DNA of 63,005 bases, the filler included, from Rhabdomonas costata (Eukaryota): the NCBI GenBank assembly GCA_019059605.1. It is 22 parts of 22 records of this genome, joined end to end, with 100 filler letters (N's around TTAATTAATTAA, not from the genome) between each part and the next. Parts side by side here need not be neighbours in the genome. Positions count along the whole stretch, not along the records: positions 1 to 2,848 come from JAHMHO010002103.1; positions 2,949 to 5,717 come from JAHMHO010002104.1; positions 5,818 to 8,584 come from JAHMHO010002105.1; positions 8,685 to 11,453 come from JAHMHO010002106.1; 18 more parts are not named here. One strand, written 5' to 3'. Under the pieces are notes generated by a model. That model ran no database searches and was not told the origin of the DNA. It was given only the letters and a program-made list of their open reading frames with translations. Made by a program: the position numbers and the translations under genes. Positions 1 through 11,300 of the stretch are shown in pieces (positions within the stretch are counted from its first letter, which is position 1; each line of letters begins with the position of its first letter).

Positions 1-294
1 TTGTGGGTGGTTAAAACGTTGAAACCGTTAACAACGACCAGGCATACCATTCTTGGAAAATTTTTCAGTCAAGCCTCCACGGACAGTGGACAGTTGTTCT
101 CATAAGGAACAGGATTATCGTGGATGCCGACATTCCGTGGAGGCTTGACTGAAAAATTTTCCAAGAATGGTATGCTTGGTCGTTGTTAACGGTTTCAACG
201 TTTTAACCCCCGCCAGCCTTGAAATGAGGTCATTCCCATGTAATGGGTCGCCTGCGGGCAGGAGCTCTGTGCCAATGTTGGCCAACTTCTGTAG

Positions 295-394
295 CTACCT
301 CACGTTGAGGATCGCCACTCGTCCACACCCGCGCTCGGACGCACCTTCATTGGTGTGTGTGAGGGTCCGCAAAAGGATGCCAGTCCACACAAAT

Positions 395-434
<40 letters not shown>

Positions 435-2848
435 GAGTGCCTTTGCTTCAGATGGCACTGTGCAACTTGCCGCGGGGTTTGCTGTGCCGGTGTTCTCTGA
501 GGGCCCCAATCCCGCCCTCACCGCGCTGGTGTCCGGATTCATGCTCACCACTAAGATCTCGATGATGCTGCCCTCTGTGGGGGTGCTGCGCGAGGGTGCT
601 GTGCGCCCAATTCTGCCGTGCCCCCCCCCCTCCCCCCGGGCGAATGCCATGGAGTGCGACTGCCCAGATTCATGACTTCAGACGGCCACAGCTACAAATA
701 TATCTGCCCGGGATCGGGGATCGTTGTTGGGTAAAATGCGTATTAATTGGAGAGCGCAATACGCATGCTCAAAACTACCCCAAGCCTTAACCTAAGCAGT
801 TTGTTGGTACAGTTTACCCTGCGCCCAAAAATGAGCAAAAAAAAAAACGGAACATCGCCCACCCGGCGTAACGTCCCAACGCAATCGCCCACTCCGGCAG
901 CGCCGCGGACTGGAGTTAGCCCTAAAATAACACCGTCCCTTTGTCAGCTCTGCTAAACATACACCCTTCCCTCCAAAAAGAGTTTTGGGTGTCCCCCTTC
1001 CTAGACTTCTTCTATGCGTGTGAAATCAGACTGCTGAAAAATAAATGAAAATTTTTCATTCTTCCTGCAGCGATGCTTGTGATTGTTACCCGTGATGGCT
1101 CGCTGCTGGCGGCCTCCGTGGACCCATCTGTGCAGAACTTCTGGTCCTACGCCACCACCACCTCGCCGTGGTTCCCGATGATGGACCTCACAGTTTGGGA
1201 GTGGAATGGCCCTCGGTCACTTGTATCTCTCTTGGTGATGTTTTTTTGGGATGATTGGGGGCGGGGGTTGATTGAAACCTTCCTATCCTTGGCACCGTCG
1301 GCTCTTCTGCTTGTTCATTTGTTTTTCTGCCTCCATTCTTGTGTGGTTTCCATCTCACGGTTCGCCGTTCGCTCCGATGATACCTCTCGCGACACCCGTG
1401 GCCAACAGCGTGCGCCCGTCATTGCGCTGCCGTCACTTACAGACAACCAGGCACCTGCGAAGGCACCTGCGAGTCAGGAAACTTTCGGCGTGTTATGCGC
1501 CCAACCCTCACATACGCACGTGCTATTCGTGCGCCTAGGCTGTTCCCATCATTGCCAGTGGGGGCCGTCACCTGATGGACTGGTACCATGGGGACCTTGG
1601 AAGTCTGCGAACCTCTGAAGTTCAGGTGCGAGAAGTGAGGGCATATATGCTCTTTCTCTGTGGTGTTTTTATTGCCTCACTCTGCTCTTTTCAGCATTTG
1701 AGAACTCTGCATTTCATGTCTTCGTAGATTCATCTGTCAATCCTTTTGATACAGTGGCTCTTTGGCTCTTTGGCTCTTTGAGCCAAAGAGCCAAAGAGCC
1801 CCATTTTCGCAATCACTATACTTTTTTCTCTCTTCGCCTCATATACTGATCCATTCTGTCATTCGTTTTGCTTCCATGTTCCTCTGAGCGTCGCATGGTC
1901 TTCGCCATTAAATTTCAGCCCCCCACCCCTCCTTTCTTGGTATTTGTACTGCACTACTTTTGCCTCTGGGCACTGCTCGTTGGTGTGCGATGGCTTTGGT
2001 TGCTTGCATGGCTGGAACTTAGCCCACACTCATCGGGAATGTTCTTCACTGTTGTGTGCTGCATTGGGCTCCGTGTATGTGTTCATGTTGCCCGTGTATG
2101 TGTTCCTGTTGCCCTTTTTGCCCTGTTGCCTTTTCTCAAGATGTTCCGGTACGGCGGCAGCAGAGGAATTCTCACAGCATCTCCGTTGAACCTTGGGCTG
2201 CAGGATTTGTCGTCAACCCAGGTCCGTTCCTCTATCTGTGTGTCCTGCCCTCCTCCTGCATCAAGCTGCCTTACTTGCACTTTTGACAGCAGAGGAATGT
2301 TCCTTGCGATCACTCTGCATGAGCACACATGCGGCGGACTGTCGCTGGGGGAGCCCCCCCTCTTCCCGTGGGTTCTTTACACACGAGATGAAGTTCACAA
2401 CTCACACGGTGACTACGTTGTTGTGACCACCCAACTTTCTTCAGGAGAGAGCTGCACAGAATGCAAGCTAGGAACTCAGGAACTTCAGGAGACCTTGAAG
2501 AGCACGATCCTTTTCCCTCTCACTCGATTGCAGCATGCCCTTCAAAGGAGGGGCGGCAACGTGGGCGTGGCTTCGTTCTTCTGCACGTGGAGGAACCCGC
2601 CCAGACTTGCCAGGGTTTCACCTGCATATTGCTTTTGTGCCGTCACAGGTTCCTCTATACGTTGTGGTGTTTGTGCCCTACTCCGTGATCTACGGCCAGC
2701 TGTTGCGAGGAGTGCTTGTCGCTGGCTTGATTGGCCTGGCTGAGGTCATCGCCGCCGCGTTGCTTGTGCTGAGTTTTTCCATGGCCTGCTTTGTTCGGCC
2801 GCTGCGGAGGCTTACCAGGGCCCTGACGCGGCTGAGGACGAACAAAAC
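295..2848 (+). CDS. Partial multi-exon membrane receptor: dCache-like sensor domain, TM helix and start of a HAMP domain
   Basis: Phase-compatible GT-AG exons 295-352, 452-595, 1071-1192, 1539-1625, 2141-2221 and 2649-2848. They give ...AGFAVPVFSEG..LTALVSGFMLTTKISMML...AMLVIVTRDGSLLAAS...PLYVVVFVPYSVIYGQL, then a hydrophobic helix, then FVRPLRRLTRAL, the typical dCache-TM-HAMP pattern. Confidence 0.7.
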
Positions 2849-2948
2849 NNNNNNNNNNNNNNNNNNNNNNNNNNNNNNNNNNNNNNNNNNNNTTAATTAA
2901 TTAANNNNNNNNNNNNNNNNNNNNNNNNNNNNNNNNNNNNNNNNNNNN
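2849..2948. other. Artificial contig linker (first of 21)
   Basis: N44-TTAATTAATTAA-N44 (stops in all six frames) recurs about every 2.87 kb through the window, splitting it into 22 similarly sized contigs. Confidence 0.99.
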
Positions 2949-3365
2949 GGGTTTGTGTAGTGAGCCTAGTTTTAACTAAATTAATTTTTTTCATTGCAAC
3001 GGAATGCGCTTAAAACACTGCAGCATAGCAAGCAAATAGATTGTAATTCTCAAATGGTCTATGATGACCAAGTGACTATACAGTCACAAAATATTCATTG
3101 TTTAGTCTCAGGAAGACCCGGACCCGTATCCTCATTTTCTTTTGGTACTGGCTCGACTTCAAACAACCTCCCACCGAACGATATGTAACTAACCAAGACG
3201 TTGGGAATTTCAAATGGGCCAAATGCTGAGCTTTGCTTTCTGTGTTTTTCTTTTAACGTTTTCCGAAGGAATCAAAAACGTTAAACAGGTTAATTTATTT
3301 CCGGTTTCAACAAATTTCGCACCAACAATATGAGTGTATATGTGTATGTGTGCTCTTTTTTTCAG

Positions 3366-3573
3366 AACGCGCTGAAGGGTGATGTAAAGGAAGTTGTTTG
3401 GTTGAATCCAGAGGTAAGTTTTTGATTTTTGGCACAGCGTTCCCCCATCTTTTTTGTTTCTTCCCATTATTCTTGTCTTTCCCAGCAAGTACATCTTCGA
3501 ACTGATCGAGGATTTGCTTACTACAGTTCGGACGCCGGATATACCCTTGCTGAGTTCAGCTGTGGAGGGCAAG
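3366..3573 (+). CDS. Two exons of a protein with an Asp-box/BNR-like motif (possibly VPS10/sortilin-like)
   Basis: Exons about 3366-3413 and 3486-3573 joined by a GT-AG intron give NALKGDVKEVVWLNPE|QVHLRTDRGFAYYSSDAGYTL, containing S-x-D-x-G-x-T. Confidence 0.35.
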
Positions 3574-5149
3574 GTTGTGTTGAGGCTCTTTCAAAAAGCC
3601 CAACAGAACAGATGGTTGGCTTGCACTTGTCCCCACCCCCACCCCAGAGCGCTTTTTCATGTGTTCAGCAGAAAATGTTCTTGCCAACGGCCGGGTTACC
3701 GGCTTTACGGGATTTCATATTCGCTCTCATGTTTTATTGGGATCCCATAACCTCCACTCCTGGCAGATCACGCTTGCCAGACTTTCGAGCGAACCCTTCT
3801 GGGAAGTCTGTCCACCGGAAAATTTACTTATCAAACACACAGAGCCTGGAAGAGCCAAAACCGGGAAATGGGAGGTGGGCTGTTGCATGCTGTTAAAAAT
3901 TGGTCAGCTCCAAATGAATCATATTCCTTAAACAACAGCGTTTTTGACTTGGGACAGAGAGAAGAAGGGTGTGGAGTCCGCCATCAAAGAACGGCCAGGC
4001 AGCGTAGCTTCTTGCGCATTAATTTTCGATAGGTGGTCCTTCCCAACTATTGGCTGTTTGTGTTGTGGTTACTCTGAGCATCTACCTCCACTACATCGGG
4101 TGCTTACCTTCTTTCTTGTCACTGGGTAGGATAGCCATCACCTCAAGGCATCACTCATGGCATCTCTCACTAAGGTGTGGCATTACTGTTCTAAAATCAT
4201 GGCATCAATCTTACGCATTCCTTCTACGGCGTGACATTGGTGGGGTTATGGTTCAGTCACAAAGCAGCATCTTAGCACCAACATCATCATGGCTTGGCAT
4301 TATCGCTGTCATAGTGGGTAATAGCATAAGTGTCAAAGCACACGGTCCGGAAGATATAGATGAGGTAGTTTACACTCAAAGCACAGCTTTATTGCCAAGT
4401 TGACCTTGACGGGATATTGTGCTAGTCATACTATGATAACTATGCCCATAGTCTGGTCTTTATAGTCTGGCTCTTGACATTGCCTGAGCTCCCCACGACG
4501 CGAGGGGCAGGATGTGGAAATCACGACTTAAGCCATGATCCAGAGATACTTGATGGCGGCATGGCTGGCTAACCGTGCAGTTGTTACCTCGCTCATACTG
4601 AACGCTCCAGGGGTTAACACAGGCAGCACACAACTTCGACCTACGCTAACTCGCCCCGGTACGGTATTCTTCAGGTCAGTGACAGGTGTTGAGTTACGTT
4701 GCAGACCCTCACGCATGTTCCTTAACCGCCATACCCTCAACCTCACGCCTCCATCCAAATACAGCAGAAAGGTGATAGCGAATTATGTTATCAGCTCATT
4801 CGATAAAAGTCAACCAAGCCCTCTAGTCCAAGTACCAATTCCGCTGAAAGATGTTCTGTGAGTCGGAACAATTATAAACCACGCGGAAATTCACCCCAGC
4901 CATGGAGGGCATTTTGAAGACACCAAACAATTCTAATCGAGAAGCACGATGGGCCCGAGCGAATTCCTTCAAGCCTCCACTCTCTCTGTGAATTGAACTG
5001 TACCATTCACGTACAAGCCTTACCCATATTACCACCCACACCCACACCAAACGCCTGAGCTGGTCCCCATTCTATTTTTTTTTAGGGTGGTGGTTACTCT
5101 CGAGTTTCCACTCAAACCCAGGTTAAGCCAAACACCTGCCAAAGTGATC

Positions 5150-5717
5150 AAAAACTACCGAAATCCCGCGAGGTCCTACCAACACCCATCCTCACTCCAA
5201 CTCCAAAGCACATGCCACCAACCAACCCACCAACGCCGCCACCCGAGATGCCACAATCTCACATGCCACTCCAACCCACGCATTCACGCCCATAGCCCAT
5301 CCTACGCTCCCACATTCACTACACACCCAAAGCACCAACACCACAACTCCAGAAACAAGCCAAATCCACCAATTTCGGGGTTGCAGCGAGAATGCAAGAA
5401 GAATGCCAACACCAAGAGCCGACACACATCCCTACCGCATACCCACACAGACGATACACACCCTCAGTACCCACTCCATCACTTCCCAACCCACCCACGT
5501 CAACCCTCACCCAACCCTCCAGCACCAACCCTACCACTCTACCTACATACCTACACCACATACCCAGATACACTACCACAACCCAACTACGCAACGCTTA
5601 CCAAAACACCCAAACTAACCCAACAGCCAACAGCCAAGATCCCATGCCATCTTACCTTACCCCATTAACTACATCCAACCACCATCAACCCAACCAACCG
5701 AGCATTCCCCCACCACC
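5150..5717. repeat. C/A-rich strand-asymmetric low-complexity tract
   Basis: Strongly C+A-biased on the + strand, with irregular CCAA/ACCC/CAC units. Confidence 0.8.
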
Positions 5718-5896
5718 NNNNNNNNNNNNNNNNNNNNNNNNNNNNNNNNNNNNNNNNNNNNTTAATTAATTAANNNNNNNNNNNNNNNNNNNNNNNNNNN
5801 NNNNNNNNNNNNNNNNNCCAGCGTGAAGGACTGTATGGTTGATCAAGAAACAGCTTGCAGAGTCGAACGGGGGAAAAGGGGATGATAAGTGCACAC

Positions 5897-8356
5897 CATG
5901 TTGTCCGGGGTGAGCCGGCGATGGGGGATGGGGTTCGGGCCCACCCCTTTGCGGGCCACACATGCTCCCCAAAAGGGCTGGTACCCGAAAAAGGGCACCA
6001 CCATTGTGGGCTTACCCACCCTGAGGGAAGCCCAGGCCACCCTCGTCGCTCACGCTCATGGTTACGTGTATGATAGAACGCGACTGCATGCACACAACGT
6101 GATGCGTGATGCGCACGAGCACTGCACTTGGGGCGGCACTGCATGGTGTTCGAAGAAGCAAGGGGAGCATCAATCCCCCCCCCTCCCCAATGCTCGTAAT
6201 GACGTACGTGCAAACTCATGGGAAGCAGAAAAAAATGCCAGGTATCGCAGTTCAAAGATAACATAAACCTCGGCGAGTAAGAGGTGCCAAGGAGTGCCGA
6301 AAAGAGCGCTTTTGTAGATCTCATTCACGTAACAACCACAGCAGAGAGGGGAAGGGAGGGAAAGATGCCGTAGGCCTGCCGCCACGGTGCCCGCCCCCCC
6401 GTGATGGCAGACGGCGCTGCACAGGGGAAACAGCCAGTCGTGAGGCACGGCGTCCTTCAGGAGGAAGATGTCCTCCCCAACGGCCATGCCTTCACCAAGC
6501 TTGGCCCACCCCTGCACGAGCAAAGAGAGAGGGAGGATTCACCAGGCGCGCGCCCAGCACACAAAGTCCGCACGGGTATGTAGGGCGATGCAAAAGAAAT
6601 CGAACCATAAGGAATGCAACGAACGGGGGAAAACAGAGCGATCATTAGAACAACAGCGGCAAGCCTGCAGCAACGAAGGACTACACAACGGCACAAGGGA
6701 AACTACCGCAAAATACCTGGTGAATGATGGCCCGAACCCCACTCTTGATGACCCCCTCGACGACCCGTCGAGAGAGACTCTGAGGGTCATCCACCACAAT
6801 GGAGCCAAACCCGACGTACAGCGGAGGTGGCCCACTCTCCAGAAACTGCACCAGCCGCGGCACCTTAGCTTTCGGGTCGAAGCTGGAGCTCAAGTCAAGG
6901 AACCAGAACCCTACCACGTCGATGTGGGGGCCCCAGTCGGCGGGCTTGGGCACCAGGCTTGGCGACATACAGTAGGTATGCGGGATGCACAGGTCGTGGA
7001 TCAGAGCTGCAAAGAAATCCGCAGCAAAGGAACGCGCATCCAATGATTTCGAACAGAACTTCAGCGCAAATGTATTCCGAACCTGCTGACACGTTTTTGA
7101 ACGCCCTAACCCCATGGGAGGTGATATGTTTGGAGAGTGGACAGCGCCCTTAACAAATCTTCAAGTTGCAGTACACATGCACACATAGAAACAAAAGTGT
7201 CTCAGGAAGGCAGAATGTAGGAGCACCAAACACAACCAAGAAGAACGCAACCGCCTCGAGGATGCCTGGGAAAGTCTGCCTAGAGCGGCTGCTTGGAAAA
7301 ATTGTGGGAAAGGGAGAAGGAGCAACACTGACACTGCGGACAGACCAGAAGCTGGAGGCTGCGGAGAGGGCACAAGCACACGCACGCACTTGCTCCATTC
7401 TCGCACAGTGGAAGCCCCAGTATCTCCGTGCGCAGACGGTTGATCTGCGGGCCACAGCCCAGCCACACCATTCCGTCCACGACGAAGTAGGACTTGCGGT
7501 TGCCATACAGCACCCCAGCGCCCACGCCGGCCATGGGGTGTTGGTACTCCTCTGTTGGAGTCCAGGGCATAGTGAACATAATCTGTTTGGATGAAAATCG
7601 GATCCAACGAGGAAGAAATGGAGACATCTGGCCTGTTCACTCAGGTACGAACAATCCACGTTTCTTTTTCTTCTCTGGCCTTTCTCAGCAATGACTGAAC
7701 TAAGCTCAACGATATTTTAAAAGCCAGACTTGAGGAACCGCAAGATAGACCTGCTGCCAAATAAGAAAGCTTTAATGTTCGACCAACCTAATTCACACAA
7801 TTGTTGCAAGGTCAGAGGAAATGTCACGGGGGCAGCTTTCACAGAGAACAAGCTGAGGTGGGTGAATGCGCAAGCGCTCAAGCCTCTTTCCGTGGCGAAC
7901 CGACGGCTGGTGTTGCTGGCAAGTTGCCGATGAACCAGGGAACCCTCCTTTCATCCCACAAAAGGCCACGTCACTTCACCAGACGGTGATCATCCAAAAG
8001 TGATGCAAAATAAATCATCCAAAAGAAATGCAGTCTCATTATTCCCTGGACATTTACTCTTTGAATCAGAAGACACCTCGCAATACACGCTTCAGTCCTT
8101 GAAAGCGCGTTAAATTCAACCAATCGAGAACGGAGTGCGCATCGTGAACCTTGACACACCTGCAGGGGCACCTGCAGCTTTTCTGCGATGTGGATATGGG
8201 CGTGCACCGGAGGGTTGCTGATGATCACGTCGGGGACGTAGGGCTCCGCGGTTGTGGAGGCAGTGCAGGCCAGGTAAGCCGAGTGGTAGATCTCGAACAT
8301 CATGTGCTTCGCGCTCTCAATCTCCCGAGGGTTCAAAGAGATCATGTCGGGATGCT
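5897..8356 (-). CDS. Sterol 3-beta-glucosyltransferase (GT1, UGT51/UGT80-like), partial
   Basis: Exons 8356-8160, 7582-7390, 7006-6717, 6511-6369 and 6020-5897. They encode DVIISNPPVHAHIHIAEKLQVPL, FTMPWTPT, SPSLVPKPADWGPHIDVVGFWFL, PPLYVGFGSIVV, VPHDWLFP..HHGGAGT..GLRVGKPTMVVPFFGYQPFWG. Confidence 0.95.
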
Positions 8357-11300
8357 CTGCAGGGGATACGGGGGACAATCCAAGTTTCATGCCGGGCGGA
8401 GGGCAACTGGTTTCCGGCAAAGAGGACCAACACAAACACGGACAACACTAAAGTCAATCAAATCCGAGAACCCAGTTCGAGCAAGAACAGGGCCCTTCGT
8501 TCAGTCACCGAATGCACGGCTCCAACTGAAAAGCACCCCTGCCTTCGCTCGGCCCGTAGAAGCTGAAAAAAAATGCCACCAACANNNNNNNNNNNNNNNN
8601 NNNNNNNNNNNNNNNNNNNNNNNNNNNNTTAATTAATTAANNNNNNNNNNNNNNNNNNNNNNNNNNNNNNNNNNNNNNNNNNNNTTTGTTTTTTCTTTTC
8701 ACCCCCAATCGGAGAGATTATCATGTTGTTGGAAGGAAGCAAACAACACAGAAGAATCCCAGGGGAGTGTCAAAAACCTTGTTTTTTTTTTTCATGTTAT
8801 TGGGGAAAGCGAAAGACTGAGCAGGAAGAAAACGTATACAAAGGACCATTCCATGGCGCACTTAGACTCTTGACAACAGAGAAAGTATCAAGGTATGGGT
8901 TTTGCTTTGGATACGGCAGTGCACCTGTGTTTCCTGTGTGGGATGTTTGAGGTTTTTTGCAGGCTCAGCATAGCTGTGCTGTATTGCAGGTAATGCACTT
9001 TGTAGTGTGTTGAAGGCCTTTTGGGGGCAACATGTTGGTTTTTTCAGGGTTGTGTGATATGAGGCATTTTAGGTCTCTGTGTGTTTTTCTGTGTCTTTTG
9101 GGGATTTGGGGAAATCCAACAGCCGCCCTTATCCCCGGCGTGGTTGGGACTCCTGAGCCCGCGGGCACCCAGGGACGTGGTGGCCGCGTTGGTGTGACTC
9201 CGCTTCCCACTCTTCTCGGCCTCTCCTTCACCCGACACACCCCTTCGTGTCGGACCTTGTCGGCCCCTGTGGCGTATGTGGTGTAGTATCCATGGCGCAC
9301 GTTGGTTTCACACACTGCTTTTTGTGCCTGGCCACGTCGCTCCCGGCATCACCGGTGCCCAATTCCACCGGTTGTGTGTGGCTCTCATCTCAAAGATCCC
9401 GCATTCACTGAACGGGAAATTAGTTTTTCCAGCGGACAAGCTCAAACTTAGGGGGTCCTCAAAACCTTGGTTTTGGGGCCAAGGTTAACGAGAAAAAGAA
9501 AAAGAAAAAGCAAGTACATATGCAGATCGCCTTTGGGAGGACAAGGCGACGGAGAAGCAAAAAGATCTTGAATTACTGACCCTTTTGTATAATGTAACTG
9601 GGTATTTTAAAATTGAGTTTTGTCAGTTCTTTTTTCATCCACACCTTCGCGGTTTGCAGGGGGTGACCAGATGTTCTCCGCCTTCTGACCCGTTCTCCTT
9701 CTCGCTGCCCACTGTCTAGCCGAATCTGGGTCGCGTGTAGCTTGCGCCGGACCTTGCGACCTTGCTGCCTTTCAGGAGGCGTATAAGGATGCGATGTGAA
9801 TAGTGTGTTTGTAGGGGGGGCTTGTGCGTGAGCCTGCAGTACGGCTTGTCCATAACGACCGTATCCTCTCTTGTCTGTGCATTGTTGTGTTCGGATTGTG
9901 CAGGTTTGCGCAGGTTTGTAATGCAGCAGCATGGTGCTGCTGTGCCCTTTGTAATGCAGAAGCATGGTGCTGCTGTGCCCTTGTATTACTAAGTTAAGTT
10001 GCAGGTGAAGGTGGGTTGAAGATTGGGAAGGGACCGGTAGTGCTGACGTGGGGCAACCATTTCTTTGGCCCACGAGGACTTTGTGCTGCCCCCCCCCCTC
10101 CCCCTTTCTGCGAACCCGGGTCCTGCTGTATATCCTTCGTCGCCAGTGTGAATGTGTAAATATGCGCTCCCGTGAGCTTTGTTTCCACTGGCGTGGGATG
10201 TGAAAGTGAATGATGCTGCGGCGCGTGGAGGGAGGGGGACAATTCCGAGCCCCATTCCCACCGCCGTTCAGGTGGTCACCTTGGCGCCAACTTCCATCGC
10301 GGTGCAGTTGGTTTTGGACCAAGTCTGCCGCAGCTGAGCACTCGCCATTTCAGCCTTTTTGCTGTGTTTTGCTGGGGATGTCGCCTGCTATGGGATGGAT
10401 TAGGAGTGCTTTTGTAGCGTTACTGCTGCAAAGGAAAGTCAAGTGCAGTTAGCAGTTCAGCGTAACTCTCTGGGCGCGGCTTCTGGACTCTGCATGAGCC
10501 AACCACGTTCAGTTCACCACAGGCAGCTGTTCGCTGGCGTGTGTCATCACTGAACCTGCGTTTGCCCCTGACCCCAATCCATGCTCAAAATTCTAAACTC
10601 TACCAAGGTTGCTTTGTTGCTTGCTTTGTTTGATGCACTCTGGAACAGTAACCCTTGGAATGTTGGGGAGATTAAGGGGTTTCTGTTATATCGCGGTGGA
10701 AACTGAAATTTGGCGAACTTATGACGCTCTCATTTGGTGTTCCTTTTTGTCCAAAAAAAGTGAGACACTGTAGGACTTACTGGAGTTTTTTTCTGGGGGG
10801 GGGGGGCGGAAGTCTTCACTTGTGCTGCAAAATGGTGATGGCCTCTCTTTGTTCTGAAAAGCATTCCACCAAAAGCATTGTCAACCGAGCTCGTTGGTAT
10901 CCCAAAGCATCTGAACTTCCCATATTTTGATTTGAGTCTCTTTTCAAGTCATTTTAAACATTTTTTGTCTGAATTTGGTTTTTAGTGGTTATCTTGGGGA
11001 GATACTGGTGTTTGCTGTTCTCAATCTACCTCCGTATCAATTTGACACATCAAAGCTGCAGCAGGTTTTTGCCTCGCTTTGTGACAGCGACTGCTCGAAT
11101 CCCGTGTTTTTGGTATCATCCGCCCACCCCATTGTTTCTTCACAGCCCCCGATCTTCTCCGGGTTTCCCTCCAGTTCTGTTTCGGGGCCCTCGCAGGTGC
11201 CCCCTCTATCTATCACTTCGAGCAGGGGGGCGCTAGCTGAGTGTCTCTGTTCGTTTTTGAACTGTGTTGTGTTGTGTGTGTGTCCGTGGCTGGACCTCAC

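Noticed and set aside
2893-2904. Regularly spaced TTAATTAATTAA as a biological repeat or CRISPR-like array
   Set aside because: It is always embedded in N runs and is an assembly linker with six-frame stops. No repeat-spacer array exists in the window.
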